A DNA stretch of 63,923 nt, counting the filler. It is 8 parts of 8 records of this genome, joined end to end, with 100 filler letters (N's around TTAATTAATTAA, not from the genome) between each part and the next. Parts side by side here need not be neighbours in the genome. Positions count along the whole stretch, not along the records: positions 14,243 to 21,370 come from SRR31156797_22652; positions 21,471 to 32,493 come from SRR31156797_22654; 6 more parts are not named here. One strand, written 5' to 3'. Shown piece by piece: positions 20,201-30,067 of the stretch. The notes beneath the pieces were generated by a model. It saw only the letters and a list, made by a program, of their open reading frames with translations. It was not told where the DNA came from and made no database searches. Numbering within the stretch: the first letter of the stretch is position 1; each line of letters opens with the position of its first letter. The position numbers were made by a program, and so were the translations under genes.

Positions 20201-21370
20201 AAACAGGGCAGGCACAAATACGAAGAACAATTTCAGGTAGTCGATCAAGGAAATCGGGACTTTTTAACTTACAAGTTTACCGTGGATATGTTCCGTAACC
20301 AGAAACTGCTGGGGGGGATTGGCATTGACATAACCGAAAGAAAACAGCTGGAATTACGGGACACCATGCTATCTAAAGCTATGGATTCAAGCCCGGTGAG
20401 TATAGTAATAACAAACAAGGATGGTAGTATTGAATATGTAAATCCATTTTTTGAAAATAAAACCGGTTACACTTTTGCCGAAGTTAAAGGAAAAAATCCC
20501 AGAGTTCTGAAATCGGGCAAACAACCCGAGACCTTTTATAAAGAATTATGGGAAACCATTTTAGCGGGTAAAAACTGGTACGGCGAATTTGAAAACAAAA
20601 AGAAAAACGGGCAGGCCTACTGGGAGCAGGCCAGTATTTCGCCTGTAGCCAACGAGCATGGAGAAATTATTCAGTTTATTGCCATTAAAGAGGATATAAC
20701 AGAAAAAAAACAAACACTTACCGACCTAAAACTCGCCAAAGAAAAAGCAGAAAAGAGAAAACTGGAAGTGATTAAACAAAAAGACATAATTCAATTTCAC
20801 AATGAAAGACTAGAATGCCTTTTCCGTATATCTCAGTTTTCGACTCAATCAACTGAAGAGCTGTTGGACTATGCGCTTCATGAAGTAATCAGGTTAACCA
20901 AAAGCAAAATTGGTTTTATCTGTTTATACAATAAACAGGAAAAACAATTTGTATTGAATACCTGGTCGGCCGAAGCAATGAAAGAATGTTCTGTAGTAAA
21001 TCCACAAACAGTTTTCGACCTGGATAAAACCGGTTGCTGGGGAGAGAGTGTTAGACAGCAAAAACCCCTGATAATTAATGATTACGAAGCTCCCAACAAA
21101 CTAAAAAAAGGTATTCCTGAAGGACATGTAAAGCTGAAGAAATTTCTAACAATTCCGGTTTTTTCAGCCGACAAAATCGTCGCTGTAGCAGGGGTTGCCA
21201 ATAAAACAGAAGATTATAACCAGTCTGACATCAGACAACTTACGCTTTTATTGGATAATGTTTGGAAGATAGCTGAGCGTATTAAATTGATCGAAGATCT
21301 TAAAATTGCAAAAATAAAAGCAGAAGAAAGCGATAAACTAAAATCGGCATTTTTAGCCAATATGAGCCAC
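17207..21370 (+). CDS. Large GAF-(PAS)x8-GAF histidine kinase, 3' truncated
   Basis: N-terminal GAF-like region, about eight PAS/PAC units ending in DIT/DVT/DIS, second GAF, then AEESDKLKSAFLANMSH at the contig end. Confidence 0.9.
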
Positions 21371-21470
21371 NNNNNNNNNNNNNNNNNNNNNNNNNNNNNN
21401 NNNNNNNNNNNNNNTTAATTAATTAANNNNNNNNNNNNNNNNNNNNNNNNNNNNNNNNNNNNNNNNNNNN
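21371..21470. other. Artificial contig-joining spacer
   Basis: N-run with TTAATTAATTAA. Confidence 0.98.
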
Positions 21471-21471
21471 A

Positions 21472-22269
21472 GCAACCGCGAACTTCATAAAAGAAAGAAT
21501 TCAGGCAAGTCCTGAGGTGGGCATAATTTTAGGCACCGGTTTGGGTGGCCTGGTAAAAGAAATAGAAATTATTGATTCGATTTCTTATAATGAAATTCCA
21601 AATTTTCCGGTATCGACGGTTGATGGGCATGCCGGTCGGTTAATTTTTGGAAAACTTGGCAACAAAGAAGTACTGGCTATGCAAGGCCGTTTTCATTATT
21701 ACGAGGGGTATAATATGAAAGAAGTAACCTTTCCGGTTCGTGTAATGAAATTTGTAGGCGTGAACAACCTGTTCGTTTCGAATGCAAGTGGAGGTTTAAA
21801 TCCTGATTGGCACGTTGGCGAAATTGTTATGCTAAACGATCATATTAACTTTTTTCCCGACCACCCTTTACGCGGAAAAAATATGAAAGAATTGGGGCCT
21901 CGTTTCCCCGACATGAGTAAACCATACGACGAACGTTTGCGTAACAAAGCAAAATTAATTGCCCTGGAGCATGGTATTAGCTTAAAAGAAGGGGTTTATG
22001 TTGGGGTTTCAGGACCCACATTCGAAACTCCGTCAGAATATAAAATGTTTCGCATCCTGGGAGGTGACATTGTGGGTATGTCCACTGTACCAGAGGTAAT
22101 TGTTGCTCGTCATATGGATATGAAAGTTTTTGGGATTTCAATTGTCACAGATAGTGGAGTTCCGGGAGAGATTGTTGAGATATCGCATGAAGAGGTTCAG
22201 GAAGTAGCTATGAAAGCTGAACCCAAAATGACTTTGATAATGAAGAATTTAATTCAAAGCTTAAAGTAG
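21472..22269 (+). CDS. punA: Purine nucleoside phosphorylase (trimeric NP-I type), 5' truncated
   Basis: GIILGTGLG, GHAG, QGRFHYYEG, GPTFET, VGMSTVPE. Confidence 0.9.
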   Translation, partial: ATANFIKERIQASPEVGIILGTGLGGLVKEIEIIDSISYNEIPNFPVSTVDGHAGRLIFGKLGNKEVLAMQGRFHYYEGYNMKEVTFPVRVMKFVGVNNLFVSNASGGLNPDWHVGEIVMLNDHINFFPDHPLRGKNMKELGPRFPDMSKPYDERLRNKAKLIALEHGISLKEGVYVGVSGPTFETPSEYKMFRILGGDIVGMSTVPEVIVARHMDMKVFGISIVTDSGVPGEIVEISHEEVQEVAMKAEPKMTLIMKNLIQSLK

Positions 22270-22327
22270 TTTTATGCAAATAATTGATATGAAATGAGCA
22301 TAAATCTTCAGCAAACTAAAATATACC

Positions 22328-22380
22328 AACCGTTGATGATTCATCCCGATAATTAGCGGGATTGCGAAAGCGAAACGGTT
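22328..22380. other. Structured intergenic element (multi-stem), candidate ncRNA or palindromic repeat
   Basis: Outer stem aaccgtt/aacggtt, inner stem atcccg/cgggat, gc-GAAA-gc tetraloop. Confidence 0.4.
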
Positions 22381-22433
22381 AGAAAGGTGCAAATATTTAT
22401 GTTTTCATTTTAAAAAATAAAAATCTTAATCGG

Positions 22434-23387
22434 ATGAAACACCTTATTTTTATCCTGGGAATTTTTTTTATGCTCGGTTGTTCCGAAAAAGATCCTGTTC
22501 CGGTGGAATTGGTAATTGATTCAAAATCAACACTTGGAGAAGGAGCAATCTGGGATTATAAAACCAACCGGTTAATGTGGGTGGATATCAAAAAGAAGAT
22601 TCTTAACATTTATAATCCGGCAACAGCCAATAATCGTGAAATGTTTACCGGGCAAATGATTGGTACAGTGGTACCTACCGAAAGTGGCAATGCTTTGGTG
22701 GCCTTAGAAAGGGGAATCTATTTTCTTATTCCTAAAAATGGATCAAAAAGATTATTGATAACACCGAAAAATCATGTGTCCGATCTTCGTTTTAACGATG
22801 GGAAATGCGATCCTTCGGGGCGGTTTTGGGTGGGAACCAAAAGTATAAGTGGTGCTGAAAAAGCAAGTGCACTTTTTCGTTTAGATCCGGATACGACCTT
22901 ACATAAAATGATTGAGAATGTAAGTATATCTAATGGAATTGTGTGGACTGCCGATAAAACAAAAATGTATTACATTGATACCTCAACCCGAAAGGTAATG
23001 GGCTATGAATATAAGGATGAAACCGGCGAAATTAGCAACCCTGAAGTTGCTGTTGAGATTCCTGAAGGTATGGGATGGCCGGACGGTATGGCAATTGACA
23101 AAAATGACAATCTTTGGATTGCTTTATGGGGTGGTTCGGCAGTTGCCTGCTTTAATCCTAAAACTGGTGAGTTGATCCGGAAAATTGAAGTTCCTGCTAA
23201 AAATGTTACTTCGTGCGCTTTTGGTGATGAGGATTTGAAAACCCTGTATATTACCACTGCCAGAGAAGATACAAGCGAGGAGGAGCTCGTTAAATGGCCA
23301 TGGGCAGGAGGCGTGTTCAAAATCCGTACCGGAGTAACAGGAGTAAAGGCCTTTTATTTTAACGATGAAAATAATTCAGATTTATGA
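22434..23387 (+). CDS. SMP-30/gluconolactonase family lipoprotein
   Basis: Lipobox MLGC; LGEGAIW, RFNDGKCDPSGRFW, SNG, PDGMAID. Confidence 0.9.
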   Translation: MKHLIFILGIFFMLGCSEKDPVPVELVIDSKSTLGEGAIWDYKTNRLMWVDIKKKILNIYNPATANNREMFTGQMIGTVVPTESGNALVALERGIYFLIPKNGSKRLLITPKNHVSDLRFNDGKCDPSGRFWVGTKSISGAEKASALFRLDPDTTLHKMIENVSISNGIVWTADKTKMYYIDTSTRKVMGYEYKDETGEISNPEVAVEIPEGMGWPDGMAIDKNDNLWIALWGGSAVACFNPKTGELIRKIEVPAKNVTSCAFGDEDLKTLYITTAREDTSEEELVKWPWAGGVFKIRTGVTGVKAFYFNDENNSDL

Positions 23388-24088
23388 ATCTCTTTATTCT
23401 TGCTCTTGCGCCGGTTATTATTATTGCTGCTTACATATATTTCCGCGACAAATACGAAAAAGAGCCCGTCAGGTTATTGGTTTTTGCTTTAGTTGCCGGA
23501 GGCTTAACTGTTATTCCTATACTTTTTCTTGAAGGTTTTTTAGACCGGTTTACTGCCCTTTTTCCGCGTTTGTTAGCAGCGGCTTGGAAAGCATTTGCAG
23601 TGGCAGCTTTTTCGGAGGAACTGTTTAAATATATTGCTCTTTACTTGTTGATATGGAAAAGCCCGGAGTTTAACGAAAAGTTTGATGGGATAGTTTATGC
23701 TACCTATGTGTCGTTGGGTTTTGCTGCAGTTGAGAATGTTATGTATGTTATGGATGGCGGCCTGGGAACCGGACTGATGCGTGCTATTACGGCGGTGCCT
23801 GCTCATGCAATCTTTGGTATAACGATGGGATTTTATTTTGGTCTGGCAAAGTTTTACGAAAAAGAACGACGAAGCTTAAAACAAAAAGCTTTGCTGTTCC
23901 CCATTATTTTACACGGTATTTACGATTTTATTTTATTTACCGGTATTAATTGGCTTACCATTGTTTTTATTGCCTTTGTGGTTTATCTGTATATCTCCGG
24001 ATTAAAACGGATAAAAGAACTTTCGAAACAATCGATTTATAATACCGACTATGAATTGTTGAACAAAAAATTATCAAAACCGCAGTAA
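23384..24088 (+). CDS. PrsW-family intramembrane glutamic protease
   Basis: DKYEKEP, EELFK, GFAAVEN, HAIFG, HGIYD. Confidence 0.88.
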   Translation: MNLFILALAPVIIIAAYIYFRDKYEKEPVRLLVFALVAGGLTVIPILFLEGFLDRFTALFPRLLAAAWKAFAVAAFSEELFKYIALYLLIWKSPEFNEKFDGIVYATYVSLGFAAVENVMYVMDGGLGTGLMRAITAVPAHAIFGITMGFYFGLAKFYEKERRSLKQKALLFPIILHGIYDFILFTGINWLTIVFIAFVVYLYISGLKRIKELSKQSIYNTDYELLNKKLSKPQ

Positions 24089-24089
24089 T

Positions 24090-25034
24090 ATGGATATACC
24101 AACATTTGCTAATGTTGAAAAGGCTCACAAAATAGTAAAAAGATATGCCCATTGCACTCCTGTATTTTCTTCAATTAGTATTAATAAAATAGTTGGTGCA
24201 GAACTGTTTTTTAAATGTGAGAACTTCCAGAAAGTGGGAGCATTTAAGTTTAGAGGAGCTTGTAATGCAGTTTTTTCGCTTTCTGACGTTGATGCCCAAA
24301 AGGGTGTTGGCACACACTCGTCTGGAAACCATGCGGCTGCACTGGCTTTAGCAGCGCAAATACGTGGTATTAATGCCCATATTGTAATGCCTGAAAATTC
24401 TCCCGATATAAAAAAGAAAGCAGTGGCCGGTTATGGAGCAAAAATAACTTTTTGTAAACCTACCCTGGAAGCACGTGAAAGTACTTTGGCAAAGGTTATT
24501 GAAGAAATGGGAGCCACTGAAGTTCATCCTTACGATAATTATAATGTTATAGCAGGCCAGGGAACGGCTGCAAAGGAGTTGATTGAAGAAAAGGGGGAGT
24601 TTGACATTATTATGGCTCCCGTTGGAGGAGGTGGTTTGTTGAGTGGAACTGCACTCTCATCAAAGGCTCTTTTGTCAAAAGTTAAAGTTATTGCTGCCGA
24701 ACCTGCCGGAGCTGATGATGCTTATCGTTCGTTTTATGGTAAAAAATGGGTGCCCTCCCAAAATCCACAAACCATAGCCGATGGACTTTTAACTTCGTTG
24801 GGTAAACGAAATTTTGCCATAATTCTGGATAAGGTGGATGATATTGTAACTGTTTCAGAAAAAGCAATAGTTGAAGCAATGCGAATGATTTGGGAACGGA
24901 TGAAGATTATTGTAGAACCATCATCGGCTGTACCATTTGCAGCCATCCTTGAGAAAAAGGTAGATGTAGCAGATAAAAAGGTTGGAATTATTCTCTCAGG
25001 AGGTAACCTGGATTTGGAAAAACTTCCTTTTTAA
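24090..25034 (+). CDS. PLP-dependent serine/threonine dehydratase or serine racemase-like enzyme (no ACT domain)
   Basis: KCENFQKVGAFKFRGA, SSGNHA, VGGGGL, EPSSA, SGGN. Confidence 0.85.
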   Translation: MDIPTFANVEKAHKIVKRYAHCTPVFSSISINKIVGAELFFKCENFQKVGAFKFRGACNAVFSLSDVDAQKGVGTHSSGNHAAALALAAQIRGINAHIVMPENSPDIKKKAVAGYGAKITFCKPTLEARESTLAKVIEEMGATEVHPYDNYNVIAGQGTAAKELIEEKGEFDIIMAPVGGGGLLSGTALSSKALLSKVKVIAAEPAGADDAYRSFYGKKWVPSQNPQTIADGLLTSLGKRNFAIILDKVDDIVTVSEKAIVEAMRMIWERMKIIVEPSSAVPFAAILEKKVDVADKKVGIILSGGNLDLEKLPF

Positions 25035-26482
25035 AACATCGGGCTAACAATATGTGCTAATGATTCTCGTAGCCTATAGGTAAATGGACGTTTTTGCCAT
25101 TCTTCAAGTTTAATTTCCCGGCAATTTTTCAGGTCTTCAAAAAAATGATCGTTAAGGTTCTGGGTAAATTCTTTATTGTAAATAAAGGCATTGGCTTCAA
25201 AATTAGTTTCAAAACTACGGTAATCAAAGTTGCTGGTTCCTATACTCGAAAATCCTTCGTCTACCAATAAATATTTGCTATGGATAAAACCATTCTGGTA
25301 AAAATATACCCGTACACCGGCTTCAAGTAACTCTCCGACATACGAAAACGAGCACCATTTGGAGAGTGAAGCATCTGATTTTTCGGGAATAATAATGCGA
25401 ACATCAATATTACTTAAAGCAGCAGTTATTAATGCTGTTTTTAGTGGCGGTGGTGGCATCAGGTAGGGAGTTGTAATGTATACTTTTGTACGGGCATTGG
25501 TAATAGCAATAAAAAAGGCTTGTAGAATTCCTTTCCAATCGTAATCGGGGCCACTAGCCGATATTTGTACCGGTACACCAGGTGCATTTGAAAAAGGAGG
25601 GAAGTATCTCACTCCATGCAGGTTTTGTTTGCTTACAAAATACCAGTCGGCAGAAAAAATGATTTGCAGACAGGTTGCCGCATCACCTTCCAGGTACAAG
25701 TGAGTATCGCGCCAGTGTCCAATACCTTTAAGGCCTTCAAGATAGCGATCAGCAACATTTAATCCTCCTATAAAACCTTTTTTCCCATCTATGATGATAA
25801 TTTTCCGGTGATTTCGGTAGTTAACCCGTGAGGTAAACCGGGGGAACCGAACCTCCATAAAAGAAAAGATCTCTATACCTGAAACCCGAAATTCGTCTAA
25901 AAATATTTTTGAAAGTCCCCAACTGCCCACATCGTCAACAATTATACGTACTTCAACACCTTCGTTTCTTTTTTTTAACAACAGTTGTTTTAACTGGTTT
26001 CCAATCTTGTCGTCGGCAAAAATGTAATATTCAAGATGAATATGATGACGTGCATTTTCAATGGCCTGAAAAATCTGATTAAATGTTTGTTTTCCATCGC
26101 ATAGGAGTTGGGGGACGTTGCCGGTTGTAAGCAAGGTGCTTGAGTTGTTTAGTAAAAGACGGATTAAATGCTCGTATTTCTGTAGGTTCGATTCTGCAAT
26201 CAGTTGTTTCTCTTCAATTTGTTTTAATTGTTCCGATGTCATGCGACGTAAATCTTTGAGCCCCATGAGACCACGAGCCGAGAACATTTTTCTTTTGCGG
26301 TATTTCTGACCAAAAAACAAGTAGAAGATAATACCAAAAATGGGTAAAAGCAGAAGGACTAGAATCCATGCAGTTGTTTTAAATGGTGAACGTTTTTCCA
26401 GAATAATCATAAAAGCAACCGGGATAGCTGTAAGCAAAAAAACCAAATAAAACCAATACCAAAATAAACTCGAACCAAACAT
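25031..26482 (-). CDS. cls: Cardiolipin synthase
   Basis: Two N-terminal TM helices; two HKD motifs (RNHRKIIIIDG, HSKYLLVD). Confidence 0.93.
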   Translation of the reverse strand: MFGSSLFWYWFYLVFLLTAIPVAFMIILEKRSPFKTTAWILVLLLLPIFGIIFYLFFGQKYRKRKMFSARGLMGLKDLRRMTSEQLKQIEEKQLIAESNLQKYEHLIRLLLNNSSTLLTTGNVPQLLCDGKQTFNQIFQAIENARHHIHLEYYIFADDKIGNQLKQLLLKKRNEGVEVRIIVDDVGSWGLSKIFLDEFRVSGIEIFSFMEVRFPRFTSRVNYRNHRKIIIIDGKKGFIGGLNVADRYLEGLKGIGHWRDTHLYLEGDAATCLQIIFSADWYFVSKQNLHGVRYFPPFSNAPGVPVQISASGPDYDWKGILQAFFIAITNARTKVYITTPYLMPPPPLKTALITAALSNIDVRIIIPEKSDASLSKWCSFSYVGELLEAGVRVYFYQNGFIHSKYLLVDEGFSSIGTSNFDYRSFETNFEANAFIYNKEFTQNLNDHFFEDLKNCREIKLEEWQKRPFTYRLRESLAHIVSPMF

Positions 26483-26574
26483 ATTTTGTACTTTGTTTCG
26501 TATAAATTTCCAAATTAATTTGGCGAAAAACAATTTTTACTTAAAATTCGTAGATGTAATTAGAAACGAACAGG

Positions 26575-26997
26575 ATGAAACAGATAATATTATTGATTTT
26601 GGTAGGTTTTGGGATTTTTATTCTGGCTTGCTCAGGACCTAAAGAGGTTTCAGAATCGAGTGAAAAAAGTGTGGAAGTTTCTGCAGATGACAGTGTTGAG
26701 TACGATGTGGAGACTTTTAACTCTCATTTCGATACCTGGTATCAGCGACAAGATACTCCGGCGACTTACCGATCGTTACAATTTTACGAAAACTGGAACC
26801 GGCAATATGTAAGTGCCTGGAATGCCAAATGTGCTTCGGGAGCAAGAAACTGGTCGTTTGAACCTGTAGTGGGTTATGATGCAACTGAAGAATATGGTTT
26901 TGAAATGAACCATAAATTATTTTACTACTTTATGTATGTTGAAAAGGTAATGAAGATTAAGATCATTCCGAGTGGACCAAACATTATTGTTCATTAG
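26575..26997 (+). CDS. Bacteroidota lipoprotein (DUF6146-like)
   Basis: Lipobox LAC; YENWNRQYVSAWN and YGFEMNHKLFYYF patterns. Confidence 0.65.
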   Translation: MKQIILLILVGFGIFILACSGPKEVSESSEKSVEVSADDSVEYDVETFNSHFDTWYQRQDTPATYRSLQFYENWNRQYVSAWNAKCASGARNWSFEPVVGYDATEEYGFEMNHKLFYYFMYVEKVMKIKIIPSGPNIIVH

Positions 26998-28039
26998 GTA
27001 AGTTTTTTAAAATTCTAAGCTGATCTTCTTCAAACGTCTTCACACTGCTAACAATTCCTTTTATTAATGGTGCTTTTATGCCGTTCGTAAATTTTTTATT
27101 TCCGGTATACACTCTTGCTTCATCCCATAATCCCGAGTTGATAAATGAGTTTAACAACTGTTGTCCGCCTTCAACAATGAGAGAAAGTATATTTCTTGAA
27201 TAAAGGATTTGGAAGATTTGTGGAATGATATTCTTCGAAAAATCGATTGTTATATATTCCGTTTTGTTGCCTTGCAAATTTTTAGCGGCATTAAAAATCA
27301 GTGTTTCCGTTGACTGGTCAAAAAGATTAAGGTTTTTATCCAGTCGCAGGTTTTTATCGATAACAATGCGCAAGGGGTTTTTTCCCGGGCAATGGCGAAC
27401 CGTTAACGAAGGATTGTCTTTCTCAGCAGTATTTGTCCCAACCAGAATGGCATCTTCTTTTGCCCTCATTTGGTGTACATTTAATAGTGCTTCGTGCCCG
27501 GTTATCCAGGTTGGTTCTCCATAATCGTTGGCAGTTCGGTCAATATCAATAAATCCATCGAGTGTTTGTGCCCACTTGAGAATTACATAAGGACGCTTTT
27601 TTTGGTGATAAGTAAAAAAACGTTTGTTTAATTCATCACATTCTTCTTTTAAAATGCCTGAAATAACCTCAATTCCTGCATTTTCAAGTTTCTCAATTCC
27701 CTTGCCTGCCACTTTTGCAAACGGATCGATACTGCCAATTACTACCTTTGGAATCTGTTTCCTGATAATCAGATCGGAACATGGTGGAGTCAGTCCATAA
27801 TGGGCACAGGGCTCAAGAGATACATAAATGGTGCTTTCTTTCAGTTTTCCCGGGTCTGTTACCGAGTTGATTGCATTTACCTCTGCATGAGCTTCGCCAT
27901 ACTTTTTATGATAACCTTCACCTATTATCTTATCCTGGTTAACAATTACGCAACCTACCATCGGATTTGGTGAAACAGATCCTGCTCCTTTTTTTGCCAG
28001 CTTAATACAGCGGGCTATATATTTTTCGTTGGTTGTCAT
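26984..28039 (-). CDS. ribD: Bifunctional riboflavin biosynthesis deaminase/reductase
   Basis: PNPMVG, HAE, LEPC-x8-C, LKWAQTLDG, VEGG. Confidence 0.95.
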   Translation of the reverse strand: MTTNEKYIARCIKLAKKGAGSVSPNPMVGCVIVNQDKIIGEGYHKKYGEAHAEVNAINSVTDPGKLKESTIYVSLEPCAHYGLTPPCSDLIIRKQIPKVVIGSIDPFAKVAGKGIEKLENAGIEVISGILKEECDELNKRFFTYHQKKRPYVILKWAQTLDGFIDIDRTANDYGEPTWITGHEALLNVHQMRAKEDAILVGTNTAEKDNPSLTVRHCPGKNPLRIVIDKNLRLDKNLNLFDQSTETLIFNAAKNLQGNKTEYITIDFSKNIIPQIFQILYSRNILSLIVEGGQQLLNSFINSGLWDEARVYTGNKKFTNGIKAPLIKGIVSSVKTFEEDQLRILKNLPNEQ

Positions 28040-28053
28040 TTTCGTGGAAAAAC

Positions 28054-28075
28054 TAAATTTGCAGTTACAAAAGTA
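28054..28075. promoter_or_regulatory. Overlapping divergent Bacteroidota -7 promoter boxes for prmC and ribD
   Basis: TAAATTTG on + (28054-28061) and TACTTTTG on - (28068-28075), both matching TAnnTTTG. Confidence 0.6.
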
Positions 28076-28079
28076 AACA

Positions 28080-28919
28080 ATGCAGAAAACTATTCAATAC
28101 ATCAAAAAAGAATTGGGGGATTTATACCCACCGGAGGAGGTGGATGGTTTTATCCGGATTATAATGGAAGATGTGGCAGGGGTAAGCTACACGCAAATGG
28201 TGCTTCAGAAAGAAAAACATTTATACGAAGCAAAAAGTACACAGATTGAAAATATTGTTCTCCGGTTAAAAACGTTCGAACCAATCCAATATATTTTGGG
28301 TAAAACCGAATTCTTCAATATGGAGCTAAAAGTAAATTCGGGAGTGCTTATTCCCCGCCCCGAGACTGAAGAATTAGTTGACTGGATTTTAAATACAGCA
28401 TTACCTTCTGAGTTAAAAATTATCGATATTGGTACCGGAAGCGGTTGCATTGCTCTTGCGCTAAAAAAACGACTGAAAAATGCCGGAGTTTGTGCAGTTG
28501 ATTTTTCTGAAACCGCCCTGGAAACCGCTCAGGAGAATGCAAAAATGAATAAACTGGATGTTGGTTTTAAACAAGTTGATATTTTAAAATGGCAACACTA
28601 CGAATGGCCAATGTATGATGTGATTGTCAGTAATCCACCTTATGTACGCGAGTTGGAGAAGGAGAAAATGCATAAAAATGTTCTGGATCATGAACCCGAT
28701 GGGGCGCTTTTTGTAAGTAACAACAATCCTTTGGTTTTCTACCAAACCATTGGGGAGTTTGCACAAAAGTTCCTTAAACCAAATGGATTTTTGTTTTTTG
28801 AAATAAATGAGTACCTCGGATTTGAAATGGAAGAAATGCTCAAGTCTTTGGGATTCAGGTTGGTGGAGATTCGAAAGGATTTGAATAATAAAGATAGAAT
28901 GTTACGTTGCCAAAAATAG
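28080..28919 (+). CDS. prmC: Release factor glutamine methyltransferase
   Basis: EPIQYILG, LIPRPETEELV, DIGTGSG, SNPPY. Confidence 0.95.
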   Translation: MQKTIQYIKKELGDLYPPEEVDGFIRIIMEDVAGVSYTQMVLQKEKHLYEAKSTQIENIVLRLKTFEPIQYILGKTEFFNMELKVNSGVLIPRPETEELVDWILNTALPSELKIIDIGTGSGCIALALKKRLKNAGVCAVDFSETALETAQENAKMNKLDVGFKQVDILKWQHYEWPMYDVIVSNPPYVRELEKEKMHKNVLDHEPDGALFVSNNNPLVFYQTIGEFAQKFLKPNGFLFFEINEYLGFEMEEMLKSLGFRLVEIRKDLNNKDRMLRCQK

Positions 28920-29002
28920 TTGGATTTATTTATCATCATCCTGGAAATTGTACGTTCTTCTTTCAAATCATTTTTTATCTTGTATTATACTTTTTGCGAA
29001 AA

Positions 29003-30067
29003 GTGAGAAAAGCAGTAAAAAAAATATTATTCTTCTTTAATGTATTCCTGGCCCTGGCAACTGGATTGGCTTATCTTTCTGTTTATATTCCTCCTGATGT
29101 ATTTTGGATCCCTTCTTTATTTGGATTGGCTTATCCTTTTTTATTAATGGCTAATTTGCTTTTTATTGCTTTTTGGTTGTTGTTTAAACCGCACAATATG
29201 ATATTGTCGCTGGTGACCATTGCCGTTGGTTGGGGCTTTGTTAACCATTACGTTCAGTTAAAAGGAAAGAAAAACGAAAATACACAGATTAAAGTGGTTT
29301 CTTACAATGTGAAACACTTTATGGAGGATGGCAGAGCAAAACAAAAAGAAACGGCAACCGAGATTATTTCTTTTTTAGACCAACAAGAGGCCGATATTAT
29401 TTGCCTTCAGGAAGCTCGTTTACGAAAGAATAACATTTTTAACCTGGCTAAAACGGTTAAAAAACTTGAGAGTATAAAACATTATCAGTTTGCACGATCG
29501 AGCACTACCTATGGCTCGGTAACCATGACAAAGTATCCGATTGTAAATATGGGTGAGATTCGATTTGAAAAATCAAGAAACATTTCTATTTATACTGATG
29601 TATTAATTGACTTTGACACTGTTCGTATTTTCAATATTCATTTACAGTCGTATCAGATCGATCCGGAGAAATATAAGATTATTGAATCGCCGGGCATTAC
29701 TGAAGAAGAAGATCTGGAAGAAGTAAAAGAGATGGGTGCAAAGTTTAGGGAAGCTTTTCGTTTACGTGCAGAACAGGTCCGCCAGATTAGAAAGTTTATT
29801 GATGAGACTCCGTATAACGTAATTGTTTGTGGCGATTTTAATGATACGCCTGCCTCGTTTTCATACCGGACACTCAGTGTTAATTTAAACGATGCATTTG
29901 TTGATTCGGGAAAAGGAATTGGGAGAACTTATATTGGAAAACTGCCTTCATTCCGGATTGATTATATTTTACACGATAACGGATTTGAGTCGTATAACTT
30001 TGAAACGTTAGAGTTCAGGAAATCGGATCACTTGCCCGTAACCTGTGGTTTGGTTAAAAAGTATTAG
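29003..30067 (+). CDS. Membrane-anchored endonuclease/exonuclease/phosphatase (EEP) family protein
   Basis: N-terminal TM helices; SYNV, ICLQE, CGDFND, RIDYI, SDHLP; likely GTG start at 29003. Confidence 0.88.
   Translation: MRKAVKKILFFFNVFLALATGLAYLSVYIPPDVFWIPSLFGLAYPFLLMANLLFIAFWLLFKPHNMILSLVTIAVGWGFVNHYVQLKGKKNENTQIKVVSYNVKHFMEDGRAKQKETATEIISFLDQQEADIICLQEARLRKNNIFNLAKTVKKLESIKHYQFARSSTTYGSVTMTKYPIVNMGEIRFEKSRNISIYTDVLIDFDTVRIFNIHLQSYQIDPEKYKIIESPGITEEEDLEEVKEMGAKFREAFRLRAEQVRQIRKFIDETPYNVIVCGDFNDTPASFSYRTLSVNLNDAFVDSGKGIGRTYIGKLPSFRIDYILHDNGFESYNFETLEFRKSDHLPVTCGLVKKY

Noticed and set aside
22328-22380. Canonical hammerhead ribozyme call
   Set aside because: The core reads UUGAUGA and there is no stem I or properly placed cleavage triplet; kept only as a structured-element candidate.
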